A stretch of 64,000 bases of DNA from NCBI GenBank assembly GCA_964016885.1, contig OZ024755.1, forward strand, positions 23,746,001 through 23,810,000. Reading direction: 5' to 3'. Shown piece by piece: positions 54,118-64,000 of the stretch; within the stretch, counting starts at the first letter, position 1; each line of letters begins with the position of its first letter. The DNA comes from Eledone cirrhosa. Taxonomy: Eukaryota. The notes under the pieces are model-generated. The model was not told where the DNA came from and did not search any database. It was given only the letters and a program-made list of their open reading frames with translations. The position numbers and the translations under genes are program-made.

Positions 54118-54732
54118 ATATCTACCAGTGCCAGATGGATGCTACACTCCCAGGAATTCCATATGTAAGTGAATATATCTACCAGTGCCAGATGGATGCT
54201 AAACTCCCAGAAATTACATATGTAACCCAATATATCTACCAGTGCCAGATGGATGCTAAACTCCCAGAAATTACATATGTAACCCAATATATCTACCAAT
54301 TCCAGATGGATGCTAAACTCCCAGAAATTACATATGTAACTCAATATATCTGTCAGTGACTCCCAGGAATTCCATATGTAACCCAATATATCTACCAGTG
54401 CCTGATGGATGCTAAACTACCAGAAATTACATATGTAACCCAATATATCTACCAGTGCCTGATGGATGCTAAACTCCCAGAAATTACATATGTAACCCAA
54501 TATATCTACCAGTGCCAGATGGATGCTAAACTCTTAGGAATTCCATATATATCTCAATATATCTACCAGTAACAGATGGATGCTAAACTCCCAGGAATTC
54601 CATATGTAATTCAATACATCTACCTGTTGCAGATGGATGTTAAACTCCCAGAAATTCCATATGTAACTCAATATGTCTACAAATTCCAGGTGGGTGCTAA
54701 ACTCCCATAAATTCCATATGTAAGTCAATATA
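54118..54732. repeat. 57-bp minisatellite, ~10-11 copies
   Basis: Unit atctaccagtgccagatggatgctaaactcccagaaattacatatgtaacccaatat. Confidence 0.95.
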
Positions 54733-55050
54733 GTTTTATGTAGACAAAATGAATAAACAAATAAATAAATAATAATCAACTAATATTCTTTGGGTTACTA
54801 GTACAAAACAGAAATAGATGTGAAAATTAGATGTATGAAAACTGATAGCTACCTACTCTGAGGAACCTATAAGTTTCACCACTTCCAGTGTCAAGCAAAA
54901 CATTGCCATACACTTGTAATTGAAGAAACCCTTTTAATTTATGAGGCTGCTTAGAATTGTTCCCTAAGGAAAATATCCCTGGAGAATATATTATCTGCAA
55001 CCTCTCTTTAAAAATAATCATTCTTCTGTGAATTAACAGCTAAGAAAACA

Positions 55051-55366
55051 TTAACCTGTTGACAGCCGCATATATTTTACACAGCTATAGTTGCTGTGCC
55101 GTTTTTTTTTTTAGTAAAATGACTATTTTTTTAAAACAAACATTTATTAACAACACACATCTGAATGGTTGACAAACGTCACACCAATAAGCTAGTAACC
55201 CCATCTAACTTTGAAGTTATGAACTTTTGGAAATGATTTCATAACTTTGAAATAATGAACTGTTGGAAAAGTATTCAAACATGTTAGGACGAGTTATCTC
55301 ATCTGTGGCATTGGAATACATACATTTTAGGATGAGTTATCTCATCTATGGCATTGAAGAGGTTAA
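55051..55366. mobile_element. piggyBac-like MITE family 2
   Basis: Homologous to 52713; TTAA flanks. Confidence 0.75.
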
Positions 55367-55844
55367 AGATGAACCAATTATATGAAATAAGAATAGTGTT
55401 TAAAAATAATATTATGCTGCATAGATGTAAAAAGAAAAGGTAAACAATGTAAATGCAAGATTGCCTACATAACATTATATGTATATATGAAAGAGGTTAT
55501 ACGGGGGAAAATCCCAGTTAGTTCCTAAAGTTATATTTACTGGACATTGGCATATTCTGGCCATAAAATAAATAACAAAAAAAGGATGACACAAACATAT
55601 ATGGTACAAATATGAAAATCATACGTCACTATGGAATTAAATTGACATTTTTCCTCTTGGGTCCCCAATAACGGTGGGGTAGGACATTTGCTTAAATTCT
55701 TATAAGCAGTGGGGTTGGAATAAACGGGGATGGGGGCATTGGTAATTGTATAGTGTACTTTCGTAAATATGGGATTTCTTGTGATGTTCTTTTTTTGTCA
55801 TATATAATGTTTTTTTAATGTAAAAATAAAATAAAATAATTATA

Positions 55845-56012
55845 TTGTATTTCCCGGCACCGAAGACACTCTGTCCTCGAGGACGCACCCTAATTTTGAC
55901 AACCAAAAATTTGAAAAAAAAAAACAAACTATCTTTGACTTCCAGGATGCATGGTAGATTTTTGAGACTTATTTTAGGGAAAAAGTACCGTCTTTGACGC
56001 TGGGAAATACGG
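55845..56012. mobile_element. Tc1/mariner-like MITE
   Basis: Homologous to 27990-28158. Confidence 0.8.
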
Positions 56013-56831
56013 TAATTACATTCTCCAGCTTCTGTATCAATATGAATCACTTACAATAAAATTTCACTGGAGATAGATGAGCAAAATTGGGTGGGGGGTA
56101 GGGTTGAATAAAAGCAGGGGAAGAGGACGAGGGGGTTGGAAATAAATCTGAAAAATTAATAAGTGGTGATGGTGGGGTGGGAGGATTATTGAAGACCTGA
56201 GAGTACATTATAGATAAAAGGTAGAATCTCTAAGAAAACTAAATAATTAGTGTTATAAAATAAATTTGATATCCGATAAATATGTTGAGCAGAAACTTAA
56301 TATTGTCACTTTTACTGAAATGAACAACATTTGAATTGACACAGCTTGTATATAGAATAATAGGTTTTACAAGTCTGTCAGTTGAAATTACGTTGAAGGA
56401 TCTGTAGACTTGTAGAATCATTGTAGGACCTGGAAACTATTGGAGAATATACAATTTCAAAAGTACACACACGTGTAGGTGTATGTATGTGTGCAAGTGG
56501 GAGAGAGAGAGAGAGAATGTGTGAGAGAGGGAGAGAAAGAGAGAGTGTATGTGTGTGAGAGAGAGGAAAAGATAGCTAGAGAATAGAGAGAGAGAGAGAG
56601 ATGTGGGAAATTATATTGTGCTGGTTATAAATTGAAGTTAAGGGGAATAATAAAAATATAAAATAAATTTTATGCATGGTTAAGGAAAGAAAAAAGCAAA
56701 CAGGTTTAAGAATCAAAGCAAACAGTTAAATCTCTGTAACATTTAAATTGTAATATTTCATAATTCATTTATGGTATTGTTTGTTGAATGACATTGTTAT
56801 TTTATAGACAAAGAATAATATAGAGCATTAC

Positions 56832-56996
56832 CTGATGAAGACGGACTGGAGTTTTTAGAGGTATTACCACATGCAGTATCCCCTTGGCTGTGTCGGGCAT
56901 GGTGACCAGAACAGTGAGTGTGGGTACAGGATCTATTAGTTTTTGGTAAATCGGCAGCACATTTCAGCAAACTGTAGACAGGGTCAATCTCTTGAC
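56832..56996 (-). CDS. 165-nt internal exon of the host gene, possibly a STAC-like (SH3 and cysteine-rich domain) adaptor
   Basis: Strong acceptor tttctctctttgcAG, donor cag|GTaatg, phase 1-1; EIDPVYSLLK resembles the STAC linker KVDPVYETLR recalled from memory. Exon call is firmer than the family call. Confidence 0.7.
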
Positions 56997-57095
56997 CTGC
57001 AAAGAGAGAAATTATTGAATCAGTTATGAAATATGAAGAAGAAACATCAAATTCATAGAACAAATTAGAATAATGTAACTTTTTGCCAACCACAT

Positions 57096-57410
57096 CAGGG
57101 CCAGATTTAATGGGGGCAAAGGGGGCAATGGCCCCAGGTTTCTACAGTGGGAAGCCCCACCAGCGATGGTCATAGCAATTTATTTGTGCCCTCCACTGGG
57201 CTTTTTAGTTTTAGGATGGTTACAATTTTTGAATTTAATACCTATATGTATAACTTTTCGATTCCAATTACTTGTGTCAAGCTAACTTTGGCATGTAAAA
57301 TTGGAGGGGGAGGGGGGGGGTAGGTTTGCTGTGTATTCTAATTTTTTGTGTATGAGGTCCCCTCCCACCAAACCTGAAATGCCCCAGGCCTAGGTCTAAA
57401 TCCAACACTG
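57096..57410. mobile_element. hAT-like MITE
   Basis: TIR cagggccagattta / taaatccaacactg; subterminal gccccagg motifs. Confidence 0.55.
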
Positions 57411-57851
57411 ACCATCATTGATTTTTATATGTTTTAAAAATTCCTTGAAAATTAAACAGGTTCACTAATTTAGAATATTTGTCTAAATAACCTCTAAATT
57501 CTGGCTTTAGATCTAGAGAAATGAAAATTCACTACAGAATGAGATAAACCTAGAATGCATGCCACTGAACTATTTTAAAAAATCTAGCATACTACACCAA
57601 ATTATCTTTACATGTTAGATTAGATTTTGTATTTTATTTGAAAATATACATATTTTTGTTGGCTTACATATTTCAGCTTTCCTGTTTTGATCTGAATTGT
57701 AAAGAAAATAAATGTAAAGTGTGTTGTTTGTTTTAAATAGTCTATTCAACTCTACTTCAGTTGATCTAGAGAATGGAGGAAACAGTTGAAATGTCTCGAG
57801 AGATTCAAAAGATTCAGCACGTCACATCACATGTATGTATATATATATATA

Positions 57852-59313
57852 TCTATACATATATATATAAAACTGAAATTGTCTGTGTATGTGTGTGTGT
57901 GTCCTAATTTTTACAAAGTCTATACAAATCCACATTTCTACTCCGATTGACTTCAAGCTTGCATTTATATATTCCTTGTGGTCTGAAGATATTAACTGCA
58001 GCTTTTATTTTTCAATTTTATGTTGTTAAAGGTGTGTTAGGCGCCGGTTAGCGATCTCTCTTTTTCTTAGTCTGTCTTTTTAGATAGATACATAGATATA
58101 ATGTTGCGCCCTTATAATATCTGTCTGTATGTCTGGCTGTCTGCATTATGACATTATGTAAACATTGTTCTCATTGCTGACGTATTATCTTCGCTATTTT
58201 CCGTTCATTGCCAGGGAACGTCTTCACGAACCAAAGTATCGTCTTCCTGTTTTCCTTCGGTTGCAACGTTTTTCAAAATATTTACTTCTGCGTTCACAGA
58301 TTGATTTTTTTAGTTTCAGAAGATCCCGTTAAGGGTGAAAGCAGCGATTCTTTGCTTAAATTTTAATCTGTTATTTTAATATATATAGAATTATATATTC
58401 GTGTACAGATATTTTTGCATACACAAAAACAAAATATAAACAAATGTATTTATTTCACGAAAGCACAGACGGCTTATTGTCATTGTTACTGCCAATATGC
58501 CACCCAAAAAGTCCCACTATTTTTGGCACAAGGCCAGCAATTACTGAGTCAACGGTTCGGAAATCACATGCATCACTGATGAGTTTATTCCTTACTCTAC
58601 CAGTTAGTCTTATTGTACTTCATCCTGCTTTTAGGTCATGCCTCGAAGGAAGAGATACTCCATTGGCCGAAATACTGGGAAAGCAGAAAGAAAAAAAAAA
58701 GGTAGGCAAATGAATCATCAGTGGAATCTGCTATTTGATGGTCGCAAGATGCTGAACGTACTGCCACCAGAAGAGCACTTGAAACAGACAACCAATGAAC
58801 CATTCACCGAACCGTGTCAGCTTTGCAATGTCTATCAACAAATCCCAGGGTCAGACCCTAGCTGTTGCTGGTCTTCTTTTGGAAGAGTCATGTTTTTCAC
58901 ACGGGCAACTATACGTTGGCTGCTCAAGAGTGGGAAGCAAGACAAATCTCTTTGCATATTCCCGACACGGAAGAACAAGGAATATTGTTTACAAGGAGGT
59001 GTCACAATCATTGTTTAGATAGACGATGCAGAAGGGGATATACACGATTGGCTGAAGAAGGACGAGACTGTGTTAGTAGTACGACCAACGGCTGCTATCA
59101 CACCAACAGCAGCAAAAACAACAACAAAAAAGAGAGGGAATGCAATTACATGCTTTTGAAAAATCTTAATGGAAAATTATTTGCCTAAGCACAAAATGTA
59201 GACACCATCCCCAGGCCGAGGTATTCTGTACTTCTCTGTACTGTTTCAGAAAGGACGGATAAACATGCCAATCTATGTTTAGAAGCCCGAGCAACGCCGG
59301 GCCATTCTGCTAG
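57852..59313 (+). mobile_element. Non-autonomous Helitron with RepHel remnants
   Basis: 5' TC after A; 3' hairpin cccg..cggg then CTAG|T; Pif1 helicase motifs FAMSINKSQGQT, FSHGQLYVGCSRV, NIVYKEV (58810-59000). Confidence 0.9.
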
Positions 59314-59402
59314 TATATATATATATGTAAAAGGTAAACAGAAATAACAACACAATCAGTACAGTATATGGAAGGAATATATTAGGTTAACGCTTGAAGT
59401 AG

Positions 59403-59485
<83 letters not shown>

Positions 59486-59822
59486 GGAGGCACATGGCTT
59501 AGTGGTTAGAGCATTGGCCTTGCAATCGAAAGGTTGTGAGTTCAATTCTCAGATGTGATGTGTTGTTTCCTTGAGCAAGACACTTTATTTTACATTGCTC
59601 CAGTTTACTCAGGTGTAGAAATGAGATGATAGGGACTGGAGTCCCTATCATTCCACTGCAAAGTGGTCGTGGAGGTGCCATGGCAAAAAAGCGCCCACCA
59701 CTCACTGTAAATGAGGTTGGTGTTAGGAAGGGCATCCAGCTGTAGAAATCAAGCCAGAATCAGTTCCCATCAGACCCTTGCAAACAGGGAAAAGTGGACG
59801 TAAAATGAAATGAAATGAAATG
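59486..59822 (+). mobile_element. Full-length SINE B
   Basis: Near-identical to 51480-51821. Confidence 0.9.
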
Positions 59823-59839
59823 AATATATATATATATAT

Positions 59840-60150
59840 AATATGAAAGATTCAGGACCCACACATCTGAGCTCTTTCTTAATACCATACTCTCCTATCC
59901 CAAGTATCGAATACTCTGGTGAGTAGTAGTCCAAACAGGTTTTTACTGATAAGCAGATCGATACTGGAGTTGGGTCCATAACTCCTATGGGTCACCTTGA
60001 GCCATTCCTCTACGAAATGCTCGTAACAGGTTGATACGTAATAAATATGTTTCATATGTAAACAAAACTTCCTCGTTTTTTTTCTATTATGCTTATGCAT
60101 AGAGTGTTTGATTTGGTATCAATAGTATTTCACTGTACTACCCCCACACA
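59840..60150 (+). mobile_element. pLTR cassette with branched-stem-II HHR (59941-60030)
   Basis: CTGATAA 59946-52, GAAA 60014-17, GTA 60023-25; TA-flanked. Confidence 0.55.
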
Positions 60151-61124
60151 CACTATATATATATACATATATAAGGTTAGATACAAAGTTCTGGAATATA
60201 TATATATATACATATAGATATACAAATGCAGATTGAGGCAGAAACTTAATGTACTATATTAAAAATTTAGATTAAATATACAATAAAAGGCTGGCATCAC
60301 TTTATAGGTTTATAGTTTGTTTTGTAACTATGTGGTTCAAGGTTTGATGATCCTATCACACAGTGTCTTTAGAAGTGTCATCAACTATAACTTCTCTTCT
60401 TCTTCTTCAACCACTTATTCCTGAGAGTGTCAATGGAGGCAGAGCCCTCAAACATTCCTTCCAGCACGTCCTGTCAGAAGCAACCATCTCCAACTGATCT
60501 CGCTGGATCCCCAAGCGAGACCAGCCAGGCTCATGAATGTTATTTTACCATCTTGCTTGGAGTCTACCCCTGGGTCTACTGCCGGTTGGTTTTGCTCGAA
60601 AGAATATAATCGCAAATAGAAATGGCCAAAAAAAAAAAAGAAATGAAAAAAAAAAGTACAGAAACAAAAACAATTCAGAGAGAGAAGCAAACCTTTTTTC
60701 TTATCAATCTGCTTAATATTGAGATATCACCAAGCCTCTTCTTGCTACACTAAAGCAGATGAGAAACTAAACCCACTAGCATGATTATTAATAACCCACA
60801 TCTATTAATGTAGCATACGTGGGAGGTATTCATTATGATAATCAAATCATATCACTTATTATACTGTGCAATCTATTTTAAGGCCAGCCTTCTTGTATCT
60901 GGCTACTGCCAGATGTTACATAATATTTGCACTCTATTATATATAATGCTATCTCAAGCCATCTGTGGGTGGAAATATTTATATTCACTTAACACTCAAG
61001 AGATTATTGGATTATTAATTTATCATCAACTACTGGAGTCGATTTAATTAACTAACTAACCCCTTCCACCAAAATTTCTGGTTTCTTGTGTTTATGATAA
61101 AAGCAATTATTATTATTATTAACC

Positions 61125-61445
61125 ACTGAGGTTAGCTTTGCCTTTCATCCTTAAGGAATCAATAAGATAAAGTTACCAGTAATGCACTGTGGTCGATTTA
61201 ATCGACTTTCCCCTCCCCCCAAATTGTTGGCCTTGTGCCTCTACTAGAAATCATTATTATGCGGTGAATTGGCAGTATTGGTAGAAAGGTCGGACATGCT
61301 TTCCAGTGTAGTTACGTCCCTTTACAATCTGAGTTCAAATCCCGCCGAGGTTAACTTTGCCTCTCATCCTTACTGGGTCGATAAAATAAAGTACCAGTAA
61401 TGTACTGGGTAATTGCTGGCCTTGTGCCAAAAGTAGAAACAATTA
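61125..61445 (+). mobile_element. Two tandem SINE A copies
   Basis: Core and tail homology. Confidence 0.85.
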
Positions 61446-61792
61446 TTATTATATTTCCCTTTGATTCTGCTTTATATACAATGACTACCGAGTATCAACC
61501 AAATACTTAGGGCAGGTATTGTTGGTTTTGACAGTTTTCGATAGCTTTTTTTGTTGTTGTATTTATTGTTCTGTCCTCACATCACAAAAGTTTTTAAAAA
61601 AATAAGTAATAAAAAATTGAGAAAATTTATTGGATGAAACATTTTTCTATTTTGACATCTATCCCAATATCTGTGATAAACATAAGGTCTGTCCTTCAAA
61701 CAATATTCCATTTTAATGTCTGGTGTTACTAGATATAACATTAGATATAACATAGGAGAGCAAAGGGATGAGATGACACCAGAGATGCTGCT

Positions 61793-62166
61793 TTAACACT
61801 TTAGCATTTAAACTAGCCACTCATACTGATGTTAAGGTATTGTTCTCAAAATAAATAACATCAAAAATCTCATAGATTCGATATTATGTGAGATAATTAT
61901 GTGAGGTAAAGTGTTTACCATGAAAATATAGTAGTAAATATACAGTAATGTAAATGCTAAAGGGTTAACAAAATAATTGTTTTTACTTTTGGCACAAGGC
62001 CAGCAATTATCCCAGTGTATTACTGGTGCTTTATTTTATCAAGCCCTGTAAGGATGAAAGGCAAAGTTAACCTCAGCGGGATTTGAACTCAGACTATAAA
62101 GGGCCATAACTCTTTGCTACAAAGCATGGCATCAGATCCCCTACCGATACTGCCAATCCACCACTC
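61793..62166. mobile_element. MITE family 1 (61793-61968) next to SINE A (minus strand)
   Basis: TIRs; SINE homology. Confidence 0.8.
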
Positions 62167-62451
62167 CTTAGGGTTAAAATAATAAATCACAGCAACAATA
62201 TATATATATACTAAAATGCATTTAAAAAAACATAAATGATGTTTAAAGTAAAAAAATAAAATCTTAAGAACTGACATTGAAAAAAAACAGATGCACTCAA
62301 AGACAGATAATTTCAGCTGCAACCTTATGTTTGAAAATGAAAATATTGATGACAGAACTCAGAACTTAAAGGGACATAACTATATGCCACAAATTGTTGT
62401 CCAATGCTCAAACGATTCTGCCAATCTACTACTCTGCTGATGACATAAATA

Positions 62452-62892
62452 ATGTTTTCTGATTTAGGAACAAGGCCAACAATTTTAGGGGAGTGGAAAG
62501 TTGATTAACCATTTAGCATTTAAATCAACCATATCTAGCCAGAATTCTCTCACCTCTTTCTCTTCAAACCAGCCGTAACCGGCCACAGACTGATATTAAG
62601 GCATTTTTCTCAAAATAAATAACATCAAAATCTCATAGATTCGATATTATGTGAGATAATTATGTGAGGTAAAGCCTTTACCACAAAAATACAAAAGTAA
62701 ATATAGGGTAATGTAAATGCTAAAGGGTTAAATCGATGCCAGTGTATTACTGGTGCTTTATTTTATCAAAAATCCGTAAGTATGAAAGGCAAAGCTAATC
62801 TCGGTGGGATTCGAACTCAGAATATAAAGGGATGTATATAACTCTATGCTGCAAAGCCTGATTCTCTACCGATTCTGTCAATCCCCCACCCT
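62452..62892 (-). mobile_element. SINE A interrupted by MITE family 1 (62505-62731)
   Basis: TTAA duplication at the same SINE site as at 22057. Confidence 0.85.
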
Positions 62893-63180
62893 TGATGATG
62901 ACATAAATAATAGCAACAACAACAACAACAACAACACACCCACACACTTGTCAAGTGAAGAAAATAGCAAAAGCGAGCGAATTTTGGCTTTGCTCCCAAT
63001 GCCAGTCATAAACTGTTTGTGAAGATGGTATTTTTTGAGACACATATTAGTTGGAATGCTTTTTTATGGTTTGTTAGGTGACAACAACAATACCATTGTC
63101 ACTCCACCATCCTTTAATGAGAATTTATTACATAGGTACCAGTCCAGGAATGTTTATTATATTGCCACCAACCCATTATA

Positions 63181-63437
63181 TTGGATTGGCAGAATCGGTA
63201 GAGCGTCAGACACTATGCTTTGTAGCATAGAGTTATGGTCCTTTACATTCTGAGTTCAAATCCTGTCAAATTTAATTGATTTTTCCCCTCCAAATTACTA
63301 GCCTCATACCTATGCTAGAAACACTTATTATAATCCTGCTGAGGTTAGCTTTGCCTTTCATACTTAAGGGGTCGATAAAATAAAGCACCAGTAATGCACT
63401 GGGGTATTTGCTGGCCTTGTGCCAAAAGTAGAAACAA
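63181..63437 (+). mobile_element. SINE A fragments
   Basis: Head, core and tail homology. Confidence 0.8.
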
Positions 63438-64000
63438 TCCTCGATGTTTGTTTGTCTTCCTTTCCTCTACATTGCAGGCTGCAGTACTGGGGTTTGTAGC
63501 TGAAGCAACTAAGTTGGAGGTGCAGAACATGTGGTGTCCCACATGAAGGATCTACCTCCTTTGAATGGGAAGCAGGTAATTCTGTCTATACCATTTTAAT
63601 GTTTATATAATAGTAAGTACAATCTAATTTTTATACAACAGATACACAATTACCATAACATTTAACATAAAAGACATTAAACAATTACCTAGTACTTTAT
63701 GATAATGATGATCAACCTCACCTGGTTAGTTTATGAAAATATAAATAAACTTAAAAATTCAGAGATGGTGTTCTCCAAAAAAGTTAATATTAAACAGATA
63801 GGTCCATCTCTTAATGTCACCACCGAAAAGAAAAGCAAAATTAAAAGAGAATGATAAAGTGTTACATATATTCTATACAGCAACACTTTAGCCAAAACAC
63901 ACATCATAAAAAAGATGTATGTGTTATGGAAGAAATGAACAAAGATGTAAGAAAAAATGTAACAGCATACATACTAATACCAAAATAGACAAACTTATAG

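Noticed and set aside
54827-55021. 64-aa minus-strand ORF as an exon
   Set aside because: Weak donor, phase not matching the neighbouring exons, no recognisable motif
58795-59022. Host PIF1 helicase gene
   Set aside because: Short fragment inside Helitron termini

Overview
AT-rich, repeat-dense eukaryotic genomic DNA. The abundant (TA)n microsatellites, tRNA-headed SINEs and RTE LINEs suggest a coleoid cephalopod such as Octopus; this is inference. Almost all ORFs in the track are microsatellite artefacts. The window appears to be mostly intronic to a minus-strand gene with small exons (56832-56996 and 47797-47847 best supported; weaker ones near 17.7 and 11.3 kb). One exon carries a DPVY motif resembling the STAC adaptor linker. 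The introns hold RTE and CR1/Jockey-like LINE relics, Penelope (GIY-YIG) fragments, two SINE families, piggyBac-, hAT- and Tc1/mariner-like MITEs, a non-autonomous Helitron and minisatellites. The most striking signal is about a dozen short cassettes, mostly embedded in (TA)n tracts. They carry hammerhead-ribozyme (HHR) cores, one of them canonical and several with large or branched stem II, and are often folded back as inverted duplications. Other notable items are a SINE+piggyBac-MITE composite seen twice, a hairpin satellite expanded inside a hAT MITE, and a 5'-inverted LINE insertion. All calls were made by eye; no searches or folding programs were run.
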